Assembly: GCA_043819075.1 (NCBI GenBank)
Contig: JBDRFE010000045.1
Coordinates: forward strand, 1 to 13,181
Direction of reading: 5' to 3'
Length of the DNA: 13,181 nucleotides
Origin: an archaeon
GTDB lineage: Archaea; Iainarchaeota; Iainarchaeia; Iainarchaeales; 1-14-0-10-31-34
Numbering within the stretch: position 1 is the first letter of the stretch; the number at the start of each line of letters is the position of its first letter. Below are positions 5,661 to 13,181 of the stretch, one piece after another. The notes under the pieces are model-generated. The model searched no databases and was not told the origin of the DNA. It saw only the letters and a list, made by a program, of their open reading frames with translations. Position numbers and translations under genes: made by a program.

Positions 5661-8525
5661 ATGAACACAAAATTTCTTTCCATAATAATTTCTTTTATTT
5701 TTATTTTAACTGCGGTTAACGCAGTGTTGATTGACAGTTCTGACGCTTATTTTGTTGAAGTTTCTTCAGTACAGCTGAGAAGCGATTATGATTCTTACTG
5801 GAGCAATTCAGTTACTGCAAACGATAATGATTCAATTGACATCAGAGCAGAAATTTTTCTGGATTATTACAATTATTATGCAGACCATTACTCTTATTAT
5901 GACTGGGTTGAAGCCTATGCAGAAATTTACGGTTATGACAACGGCTGGGTTTACCTCAGGAAAACCGATACAAGAACTATTTCATTAAATTACCTGAACT
6001 ACCAGACAATTTACTGGTATAACGCTTTTTTTATAGATGATTCTTATTCAAAATACAAAATTTTAGTTAAAGCAAGAACAACAGATTATTACAGTTCAAG
6101 CCAGAACACAGCTTATGTTGACACAGTTAACTCTGGTTTTGATTCTTATTGTTCTGACATAGAAATATACAATAATTCTGTTGCAATGAACGAAAACTCA
6201 ACTGAATACATTTCGTTTAACGTAAAAAACAATTCAAATGAAAGGTTTTACATTAAAGGGGTTTCTCCTACAGACAGTGAAAGCTTTTTCGGGGTGTTTT
6301 CTTACAGCAATGACTCTTCTATTGCAGCAGGAGACACTGGACAGGTAAGATTAAGGGTTGTCAGCTCTGAAGTAAACGAAGACAGGACTGGAACAGCAAC
6401 TCTAAGGATTTTAGGGGAATACTCAAGCGGAAAATCATGCGGTTACTCTGACATAAAAGAAGACTTTATTGTAAGGATTTACAACAGCGAACAAGACCAG
6501 TCATGCAGTAAAATAAGGATTTCAGCTTCAGACCAAAGAATGCAGGAAAACGATGTAGAAACATTTTCTTTTGATGTGAGAAATGACTCTGACACAGGAT
6601 TCTATATTGACAGCTTTGATGCAGCAGACAACAGCTCTTACTTTGATGCAACAGAAGAATACAAGCCAAGCTTTATTCCAGCAAATTCTTCAAGAGAATT
6701 CACTTACAGAGTGAAAACAAACAGTGTTTCAGGAGACAAAACAGGAACAGTTTATTTAAGGGTTTCAGGGCATTACTCTGGCGGAAAAACCTGCTCTTAT
6801 ACTTCAATTGGAGAAAAAAGAGTTAATTTAACAGTTGAAGACAGTTCAGGCACAGGATACTGCGATGACTTATACCTGAACACAAAAACACTTAACTTAA
6901 ATGAAAACGATTCTTATTCAGCTGTTTTTTCAGTTGAAAACAACTCTGATGCAAAATTCTATATAGAGGATGCAAGCCTTGAAGAATCAAGCACTGCATT
7001 GAGTTTTACTAACATTAATTTTCCTTCATACATTTCAGCCAATTCTGAAAGAGATGTTATATTCCAGGCAAAAACTTTTTCAGTTAGTTCAGCACAGAAT
7101 TTAACCGCATACTTTAAGGTAAAAGGTTATTTTGAAAACGGAAGAAGCTGTTCTTTATCTGACACAAGAAAAAGCTTTAGTGTAAAGATAAGCAACCAAG
7201 GCAGCGGAAACGAAAACTGCAATGGAATAGATGTAATAACCAAGACAGTTGAATTAAACAAAGGAGAAACAAAAGACTTTGACTTCACAATAGAAAACAA
7301 CGAGAACAAAAAATTCTATATTGAAAACATCAGAGTGTATGATAACACAACAGGAATTGATTCAAGTGCAAGAAACTATTCTTCAGTTGTTAATGCAAAC
7401 AGCACCGCAACAATGACTGCAAGCATTAAAGGAATTAATACAGGAACTTCAGCTGCTTTTATTGAAATAAGAGGCCACTTTGAAAACGGCTTAAGCTGTT
7501 CAGTGAATGACATTGGAAGAGAAACATTTAATGTAAGCGTGGGAGAAACAGATTCCTGTTCTGGTTTTTCATTAGATGTTCCGACAGCAAAAAGCATTAT
7601 GGGACAAGAAGAAATAACACTTAAAATAGACAATCCATTGAATAAAACAGGAACAATAAAATTAAGCGGGACAAACTTAAGCATCAGCCCATACACAATT
7701 GATGTTCCTGCAAACTATTCTTTCAGCAAAACAATTAAAGTTGAACTGCTTGAAGGAACAGAAAGCTATTTAGTGTACAATATTTCAATGCAAGGATGCA
7801 ATGTAAAATCAAAGACAACAAAAATAACTTCTTCACAGGAATCATTTGAATTAATGAATTATCCTTCAAAGAAAACAATTTCACTGGATGACAGCATTTC
7901 TTTTACAATAAAAAACAATTCAGGTTCAGCAAAAGAATTTAATGTTTCAATTGAAAACCTGCCTTCAGGATGGAAAACAAACGAAAAAACAATTTCAGTT
8001 CCGGCATACGGCGACAGGACAGCAAGCATTGACATTCAGGCAGGAAGCACAGGAAAATTCAATGTACTGCTTGTAATTGAATCAGGTGCAAGAAGAATTG
8101 AAAAAGAAATTGAGTTAACTTCAGAAGAAAAAGCCGTAAGTGTTTCAGCTGAAACAACCCAAGGAATATTAAATGAATTACAGTTGAAAATACTAATCGA
8201 AAACAATTCCTCAGAACAGGCAAAAGGAAATATAATAGTTGAGTTGCCAGAAAACTGGTCAATGGAAGGCAACACAGCTGTTTCAGTTGAACCTGAAACA
8301 AAAAAAGAAATTCAGTTTTCAGTCAAGACAGACGGGAAAAACAAGGACAAGCCAATCCCGATTACATTAGAGCTTGACAGCGGGAAAAAAGTTTTCACTG
8401 AATCAGAGCAGAAAACAGGAACAGGGGCAACAGCACTGGCTTCACTTGTACAAAACACAGGTGTTGCATTAGGCCTGCTGGTAATAATAGTTATAGTAGT
8501 AATATTGCTCGTAAAAAAACAATAG
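5661..8525 (+). CDS. Secreted, C-terminally membrane-anchored cell-surface protein with tandem Cys-paired beta-rich repeats (S-layer/adhesin-like, probably glycosylated)
   Basis: Signal peptide MNTKFLSIIISFIFILTAVNA; four repeats of 113-119 aa beginning at Cys164, 282, 401 and 520, plus a shorter fifth at Cys633; two Ig-like modules with LPxxW motifs; C-terminal hydrophobic helix GVALGLLVIIVIVVILLV followed by KKQ; many N-x-S/T sequons. Confidence 0.85.
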   Translation: MNTKFLSIIISFIFILTAVNAVLIDSSDAYFVEVSSVQLRSDYDSYWSNSVTANDNDSIDIRAEIFLDYYNYYADHYSYYDWVEAYAEIYGYDNGWVYLRKTDTRTISLNYLNYQTIYWYNAFFIDDSYSKYKILVKARTTDYYSSSQNTAYVDTVNSGFDSYCSDIEIYNNSVAMNENSTEYISFNVKNNSNERFYIKGVSPTDSESFFGVFSYSNDSSIAAGDTGQVRLRVVSSEVNEDRTGTATLRILGEYSSGKSCGYSDIKEDFIVRIYNSEQDQSCSKIRISASDQRMQENDVETFSFDVRNDSDTGFYIDSFDAADNSSYFDATEEYKPSFIPANSSREFTYRVKTNSVSGDKTGTVYLRVSGHYSGGKTCSYTSIGEKRVNLTVEDSSGTGYCDDLYLNTKTLNLNENDSYSAVFSVENNSDAKFYIEDASLEESSTALSFTNINFPSYISANSERDVIFQAKTFSVSSAQNLTAYFKVKGYFENGRSCSLSDTRKSFSVKISNQGSGNENCNGIDVITKTVELNKGETKDFDFTIENNENKKFYIENIRVYDNTTGIDSSARNYSSVVNANSTATMTASIKGINTGTSAAFIEIRGHFENGLSCSVNDIGRETFNVSVGETDSCSGFSLDVPTAKSIMGQEEITLKIDNPLNKTGTIKLSGTNLSISPYTIDVPANYSFSKTIKVELLEGTESYLVYNISMQGCNVKSKTTKITSSQESFELMNYPSKKTISLDDSISFTIKNNSGSAKEFNVSIENLPSGWKTNEKTISVPAYGDRTASIDIQAGSTGKFNVLLVIESGARRIEKEIELTSEEKAVSVSAETTQGILNELQLKILIENNSSEQAKGNIIVELPENWSMEGNTAVSVEPETKKEIQFSVKTDGKNKDKPIPITLELDSGKKVFTESEQKTGTGATALASLVQNTGVALGLLVIIVIVVILLVKKQ

Positions 8526-8538
8526 AAAGCTTTAAATA
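8526..8538 (+). promoter_or_regulatory. Putative BRE/TATA promoter of the uL3 ribosomal protein operon
   Basis: AAAGC-TTTAAATA directly after the upstream stop codon, nearly the same as the motif before tuf. Confidence 0.55.
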
Positions 8539-8563
8539 CATTTTACAGAAAAAAGTATTATTA

Positions 8564-8692
8564 CTACTTATAATTAGTAGACTGTGCCCTGAAAAGGGGC
8601 ATAAATGCTAAAAGAAACAGTTTGCTGTTTTTTTGACGCAGATGTTTTTGGCTTGACTTCATCATTCTGTATGATTGAAGTTAAAACAAAAA
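8564..8692 (+). promoter_or_regulatory. Structured 5' leader (four consecutive hairpins) upstream of rpl3
   Basis: Stems by eye: CTACT/AGTAG; TGTGCCCT-GAAAA-GGGGCATA; AAAGAAACAG-TTTG-CTGTTTTTTT; TTTTTG..TTGACTTCATCAT/ATGAT-TGAAGTTAA..CAAAAA. Several pairs are G-U, which favours the + strand RNA. Confidence 0.55.
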
Positions 8693-8701
8693 AGTGATGA
8701 C

Positions 8702-9664
8702 ATGGGAAAACTAAACAAACCGCATTCAGGTTCAATGGCTTATTATCCGAGAAAAAAAGCCAAAAAAGAAACACCTAGCTTTACGACTTTTCCGAAAAAA
8801 CAGGAAACCATGCCGTTAAACTTTTTTGGATACAAGGCAGGAATGCTTGAATTAACTGCAAAAAATGACCAGAAGAAATCAGTTGGATTCGGGCAGGAAC
8901 AAGTTTATTCAGGAACAATAATTGAATGCCCTTCACTTGAAGTATTCGGGATAAGATTATACAAAAAAACAACTGAAGGAATCAAAGCATCAGGGGAAAT
9001 AACAGCAGAAAAAACAGACAAGCACTTGAACAGGAAAATTAAAAGCTTTTCAAGAAAAAAGAAAAAAAGTTCAGTCGAAGAATTAGCTAAAAAACTTCCA
9101 GAAGCAGAATTTGTCGTATTATTAGTGCATACAAAACCCTTTGAAACAGGAATGGGCAAAAAAAAGCCTGATGTAAGCGAGATAAGGCTTTCAGGAGAAA
9201 AAGAAAAACAATTTGAGTTTGCAAAAGAAAAATTCGGAAAAGAATTAAAGACAAAAGATGTTTTCAAAGAAATGCAGTTCGCTGACGTTAAAGCGGTTAC
9301 GAAAGGAAAAGGAATGCAGGGCGTAATAAAAAGATTTGGAGTAAAAATGGGCAGGCCAAAAGCAAAAAAAAGAAGAGTTGTTGGTTCGATTTCTCCTTGG
9401 ACTCCTTCAACAGTAATGTACACTGTTGCAAGGCCAGGGCAAATGGGCTATCATACAAGAACTGAATACAACAAAAAAATCCTTTTAATTGGAAACGGAA
9501 AAGAAATAGAGGAATTAAAGAATTACGGGAAAATAAAAAACGATTTCATTTTGATTGCAGGTTCTATTCCAGGGCCGGCAAAAAGATGCATTGCATTAAG
9601 GCATAACATAAGGGAAGCAGAAGAAAAGAAAATGAAAGTAGTTGAAGTAAAAATATTAAAGTGA
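8702..9664 (+). CDS. rpl3: 50S ribosomal protein uL3
   Basis: MGKLNKPHSGSMAYYPRKKA matches the archaeal uL3 N-terminus; GYKAGM, VTKGKGMQGVIKRFG, PGQMGYHTRTEYNK, GSIPGP. Start moved from TTG 8675 to ATG 8702, which has a GTGA SD-like site upstream. Confidence 0.97.
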   Translation: MGKLNKPHSGSMAYYPRKKAKKETPSFTTFPKKQETMPLNFFGYKAGMLELTAKNDQKKSVGFGQEQVYSGTIIECPSLEVFGIRLYKKTTEGIKASGEITAEKTDKHLNRKIKSFSRKKKKSSVEELAKKLPEAEFVVLLVHTKPFETGMGKKKPDVSEIRLSGEKEKQFEFAKEKFGKELKTKDVFKEMQFADVKAVTKGKGMQGVIKRFGVKMGRPKAKKRRVVGSISPWTPSTVMYTVARPGQMGYHTRTEYNKKILLIGNGKEIEELKNYGKIKNDFILIAGSIPGPAKRCIALRHNIREAEEKKMKVVEVKILK

Positions 9665-9668
9665 TTGA

Positions 9669-10475
9669 ATGAAAGCAAACATTGTTTCAATTGAAGGAAA
9701 AAAAGTAAGGGAAATAGAGCTTCCAAAAGTATTTTCAACAGAATATAATCCGGATTTAATTAAAAGAGCTGTTCTTTCAATTGAATCAAATGCATTGCAG
9801 CCAAAAGGCCCTGATGTGTGGGCTGGAAGAAAAACAACAGCAGTTTACATTGGAATAAGGTCTCCTGGAACTGGAGACAGAAGCATTAACACCGGAAGGG
9901 CAAGAAGGCCCAGAACAAAAAACAAAGGGCATTTATTGTACGGAAAAGTTGCAGGCATTTCTGGAGCAGTAAAAGGTCCAAAAGCTTTCCCGCCTTTAGT
10001 AGAAAAAAAAATAAAGGAAAAAATAAACAAAAAAGAAAAAAAACAGGCATTAGAATCAGCTATTGCGGCAACAGCATCAAAAAAATTAGCTGAAAAAAGA
10101 GGGCACAAAGTGAATGGAATAGAACTGCCTTTAATAATAGAAAACGAGTTTGAGAAAATAAAAAAAACAAAAGAAGTAAGTGAAATACTCAAGAAATTAA
10201 AATTATGGGATGACGTTGAAAGGGCAAAAAAAAGAAAAATAATCAGGGCAGGAAAAGGAAAGAAAAGAGGCAGAAAATACAAGAAAGCAAAAAGCATTTT
10301 AATAGTCACAGGAGAAAAAAGTTTTCTTTCAAAATCTTCAAGAAACATTGAAGGAATAGATGTAATTAATTTAAGGAACCTGAACGCAAAACTTCTTGCG
10401 CCAGGAGCAGCAGCCGGAAGGCTTACTTTATGGACAGAGAATGCAATAAAAGAAATGGAAGGGAAATTCAAATGA
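9669..10475 (+). CDS. rpl4: 50S ribosomal protein uL4
   Basis: ELPKVF..PDLIKRAV, KINKKEK..ALESAIAATA, RGH, IRAGKGKKRGRKY, LLAPGAAAGRLTLWTENAI. Confidence 0.97.
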   Translation: MKANIVSIEGKKVREIELPKVFSTEYNPDLIKRAVLSIESNALQPKGPDVWAGRKTTAVYIGIRSPGTGDRSINTGRARRPRTKNKGHLLYGKVAGISGAVKGPKAFPPLVEKKIKEKINKKEKKQALESAIAATASKKLAEKRGHKVNGIELPLIIENEFEKIKKTKEVSEILKKLKLWDDVERAKKRKIIRAGKGKKRGRKYKKAKSILIVTGEKSFLSKSSRNIEGIDVINLRNLNAKLLAPGAAAGRLTLWTENAIKEMEGKFK

Positions 10476-10741
10476 CTCCGCTAAAAGAATATGAAATAAT
10501 AATCCATCCGTTAATCTCTGAAAAAGCTGTTAACATGATTGAATCAGAAAACAAGATTTGTTTTATAGTAAATGACAAGGCAAACAAAAATGACGTGAAA
10601 AAAACCGTTGAAAAATTATATAAAGTAAAAATTGAAGGCGTGAAAATTTTAAGGGACAGAAAAGGAAGAAAAAAAGCAATAGTCAAACTCAAAAAAGAAT
10701 TTAAGGCAGGAGACATTGCAATAAAATTAGGAGTATTATAA
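10472..10741 (+). CDS. rpl23: 50S ribosomal protein uL23
   Basis: IIHPLISEKAVNMIESENKICFIV..ANKNDVK..KKAIVKL..AGDIAIKLGVL. The start at ATG 10472 forms an ATGA overlap with the rpl4 stop, which is preferred over the ORF-track start at 10430. Confidence 0.96.
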   Translation: MTPLKEYEIIIHPLISEKAVNMIESENKICFIVNDKANKNDVKKTVEKLYKVKIEGVKILRDRKGRKKAIVKLKKEFKAGDIAIKLGVL

Positions 10742-10750
10742 GGTGTTGAA

Positions 10751-11473
10751 ATGGGAAGAAGAATAAAGACTCAGAGGCAGGGAAAAGGCTCACCCAAGCA
10801 CAGGGCAACACACAGGGCAAAATACGAAATAAAATACATTTCTTACAATGAAAAACAGAAAAAAGACAAGATTTTAGGGGAAATAACAAAAATAACAAGA
10901 GACAGGGGAAAAACAGGAATAATTTCTGAAATAATTTTTGAAGACAATTCTTTTGGCGTAGGTTATGCACCAGAAGGAGCAATAACAGGCCAGAAAATAG
11001 AATACGGAAAAACAGCTGAAATAAGTTTAGGCAATGTTCTTCCATTAAAAGAGCTTCCAGAAGGATGCCCTGTATTCAATGTTGAATTAACTCCAGGCGA
11101 CGGGGGAAAATTAATCAGGACAGCAGGCTCTTATGCATTAATTCTCACAAAAGACTCAAAAAAGGTTTACTTAAAAATGTCTTCAGGAAAAAAAATTTCT
11201 TTCCTACCTGAATGCAGGGCAACAATAGGGTGTGTTGCAGGCGGGGGAAGAAAAGAAAAACCTTTCGTGAAAGCAGGAAATGCATTCCATTTAATGAAAG
11301 CAAAAAGAAAACAATACCCTACAGTAAGAGGGGTTGCAATGAACCCTGACAGCCATCCGTTCGGCGGAAGCCAGCACCACCCGGGAAAAAGCAAAAGCAC
11401 TTCAAGGCATGCTCCTCCGGGAAGAAAAGTAGGTGCAATTGCATCAAAAAGGACTGGAAGGAAGAAAAGGTAA
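10751..11473 (+). CDS. rpl2: 50S ribosomal protein uL2
   Basis: MGRRIKTQRQGKGSP, PGDGGKLIRTAG, GGGRKEKPFVKAG, VRGVAMNPDSHPFGG, APPGRKVGAIASKRTG; AGGTG SD upstream. Confidence 0.98.
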   Translation: MGRRIKTQRQGKGSPKHRATHRAKYEIKYISYNEKQKKDKILGEITKITRDRGKTGIISEIIFEDNSFGVGYAPEGAITGQKIEYGKTAEISLGNVLPLKELPEGCPVFNVELTPGDGGKLIRTAGSYALILTKDSKKVYLKMSSGKKISFLPECRATIGCVAGGGRKEKPFVKAGNAFHLMKAKRKQYPTVRGVAMNPDSHPFGGSQHHPGKSKSTSRHAPPGRKVGAIASKRTGRKKR

Positions 11474-11484
11474 GGTGACAGGTT

Positions 11485-11886
11485 ATGGCAAAAGTATTTA
11501 CTTTCAAGGGAAAAACAATTGAAGAACTCACTGCAATGAATACAGAAGAGTTTGCAAAAATAGTTGATTCAAGGGCAAGAAGAAGCCTTAAAAGAAACCA
11601 GAACAAGATATTAGACAAAAGCATTCAGAAAGCAATGAAAGTAAAATCCGCAGGAAAAGAACCAAAGCCAATCAAAACACATTTCAGGGACACAGTAATA
11701 ACCCCAAAAATGGTTGGATTAAAGTTTGCAGTATACAATGGAAAAGAATTCCAGACAATTGAAGTGCTTCCGGAAATGCTCAGCCATTACTTAGGCGAAT
11801 TAGTGCTTACAAGAAAAAGATTATTACATGGAAAAGCAGGAATTGGAGCAACAAAATCAAGTACAGCAATAACAGCAAGAAAGTGA
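11485..11886 (+). CDS. rps19: 30S ribosomal protein uS19
   Basis: FTFKGKTIEEL, SRARRSLKR, IKTHFRD..ITPKMVG..VYNGKEF..PEMLSHYLGE, GIGATKSS; AGGTGA SD upstream. Confidence 0.97.
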   Translation: MAKVFTFKGKTIEELTAMNTEEFAKIVDSRARRSLKRNQNKILDKSIQKAMKVKSAGKEPKPIKTHFRDTVITPKMVGLKFAVYNGKEFQTIEVLPEMLSHYLGELVLTRKRLLHGKAGIGATKSSTAITARK

Positions 11887-11890
11887 TTTA

Positions 11891-12367
11891 ATGGCAAAGA
11901 AAAACTATAATTTTCAGGAAAAATTAAACGAAAAAATTACTGCAAAAGCAGTGAAAAAAAATGCAAACGCTTCATTAAAGTATTCAACAGAACTGGCAAG
12001 AGAAATAAAAGGAATGAAAGTTAAAAGAGCAGAAGAATTCCTGAAAAACATAACAGAAAAAAAAGAGTTCCTGCCTTTAAAAAGATACCTGAAAAAAGTG
12101 CCGCACAGGAAAGGAAAAGCAAAATCAAACACAAAAACAGGAAGATACCCTAAAAAAACAGCAAAAGAATTCGTTGAATTAATTGAAAGCGCAAAATCAA
12201 ATGCAGACTACAAGGGATTAAACACTGAAAACCTGTTCGTAAAACATGCTTTTGCATCAATGGGTTATTCAAGAATAAGCCATCAGTCAAAAGGGAAAAT
12301 AGCAGGAAAAAGAAGAAAGAAAAAATCAGCTCACATTGAAGTAATACTCCAAGAGGGAAAACAATGA
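11891..12367 (+). CDS. rpl22: 50S ribosomal protein uL22
   Basis: ASLKYSTELAREIKGM, VPHRKG, GRYPKKTA, ESAKSNADYKGL, SAHIEVIL; expected operon position. Confidence 0.96.
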   Translation: MAKKNYNFQEKLNEKITAKAVKKNANASLKYSTELAREIKGMKVKRAEEFLKNITEKKEFLPLKRYLKKVPHRKGKAKSNTKTGRYPKKTAKEFVELIESAKSNADYKGLNTENLFVKHAFASMGYSRISHQSKGKIAGKRRKKKSAHIEVILQEGKQ

Positions 12368-13181
12368 TTGAAAGAATATTCATTAAACAGGGAATAAAAA
12401 AAATTGAAATGGAAAATTACTTAAAAAAAGACCTGCAGAAAGCAGGCTTCACAAAACTTGAAATAGTGAAAACACCTTTAGTCACAAGAATAGTTTTAAA
12501 CGTAACCCACCCAGGCCTTGCAATAGGAAAAGGCGGGACAAACATAAAAAAATTAACTTTAGTGCTGGAAGAAAAATTCAAGATACAAAACCCCCAGATT
12601 GAAATAAAAGAAATAACCGTTCCGGAATTAGACGCACAGGCAATGGCAGACAAGATTTCAACTTTAATTGGAAGAGGCTTCAGCTGGAGAAGCGTTGTAT
12701 ACAGGACAGCAAAAGATATCAGGACAGCAGGAGCACAAGGCGTTGAAATAGTTTTGTCCGGAGCATTAGGCGGAAAAGGGGTAAGGAAAAGAAAACAGAG
12801 AATAGCAGAAGGTTACATGAAAAAAATAGGCGAAGAAGCAAAATTAGTTGATTACGGAGCTGCACCTGCAAAAGCAAAATTCGGGACAATAGGAGTGAAA
12901 GTAAGAATAGTTAAGCCTGAGACAAGATTCCCTGACAAAATAAACATAAAAGAAATACTTGAAAGCAGGAAAAGAAAGCCTGAAGCAGAAAAAGAAGAAG
13001 AAAAAACAGACGCAAAAGAAGACGCTGAAAAAAAGGAAACAGAAAAAAAAGAAGACAAAAAAGAAGAAACAAAAGCAAAGGAAAAAAAACCTGCAAAAAA
13101 AGAAGCTAAAGAAAACAAAAAAGAACCAGAAAAACCGTCGTTTGAAAAAAAACACACTGCTAAAACAGAAAAAGAAAAAAA
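12364..13181 (+). CDS. rps3: 30S ribosomal protein uS3 (3'-truncated by the window) with a long Lys/Glu-rich C-terminal tail
   Basis: Not in the ORF track because no stop lies in the window. Manual translation from ATG 12364 (ATGA overlap with rpl22): MIERIFIKQG..AGFTKLEIVKTPLVTRI..PGLAIGKGGTNI (KH domain)..PELDAQAMA..AGAQGVEIVLSG..GTIGVKVRIVKP. Confidence 0.96.
   Translation, partial: MIERIFIKQGIKKIEMENYLKKDLQKAGFTKLEIVKTPLVTRIVLNVTHPGLAIGKGGTNIKKLTLVLEEKFKIQNPQIEIKEITVPELDAQAMADKISTLIGRGFSWRSVVYRTAKDIRTAGAQGVEIVLSGALGGKGVRKRKQRIAEGYMKKIGEEAKLVDYGAAPAKAKFGTIGVKVRIVKPETRFPDKINIKEILESRKRKPEAEKEEEKTDAKEDAEKKETEKKEDKKEETKAKEKKPAKKEAKENKKEPEKPSFEKKHTAKTEKEK

Noticed and set aside
8583..8603. GAAA-loop hairpin read as a SECIS element
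   Set aside because: No in-frame UGA selenoprotein candidate lies nearby, and the geometry is a simple terminal loop.
8675..8701. ORF-track TTG start for rpl3
   Set aside because: It lies inside the leader hairpin; ATG 8702 matches the uL3 N-terminus and has an SD-like GTGA.
10430..10471. ORF-track N-terminal extension of uL23
   Set aside because: It overlaps conserved rpl4 codons; ATG 10472 gives the typical ATGA coupling and a normal uL23 length.
418..13157. Numerous minus-strand ORFs of 60-208 aa (e.g. 8905-9423, 9845-10471, 4892-5311, 12844-13155) and the nested + ORF 5788-5988
   Set aside because: All but one lie within or antisense to clearly identified genes; 8574-8774 overlaps the rpl3 leader and start. 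They are mostly Phe/Leu/Ser-rich shadows of A-rich, Lys/Glu-rich sense codons and show no recognisable motifs.

Overview
Archaeal housekeeping window (AT-rich, strongly A-skewed on the + strand). The divergent ribosomal proteins and the Cys-repeat surface protein suggest a DPANN lineage, possibly Iainarchaeota/Diapherotrites (inference only). All complete genes are on the + strand: EF-1alpha, uS10, archease, RtcB carrying a 504-aa LAGLIDADG-type intein just before its catalytic Cys, a 954-aa membrane-anchored surface protein with tandem Cys-paired repeats, then uL3-uL4-uL23-uL2-uS19-uL22-uS3. uS3 runs off the window and is missing from the ORF track. The 5' end of a probable divergent gene lies at 1-79. 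The least explained signals are non-coding: (i) a 40-bp near-copy of the rtcB 3' end, including a stop codon, 52 bp downstream, with a spacer hairpin built from the repeat's own end and start sequences; (ii) a perfect hairpin + palindrome + mirror-repeat element after uS10 that could form an intrastrand triplex; (iii) a four-hairpin leader ahead of the uL3 operon, a candidate ribosomal-protein leader. No CRISPR array, tRNA, rRNA, transposase or integrase was seen.
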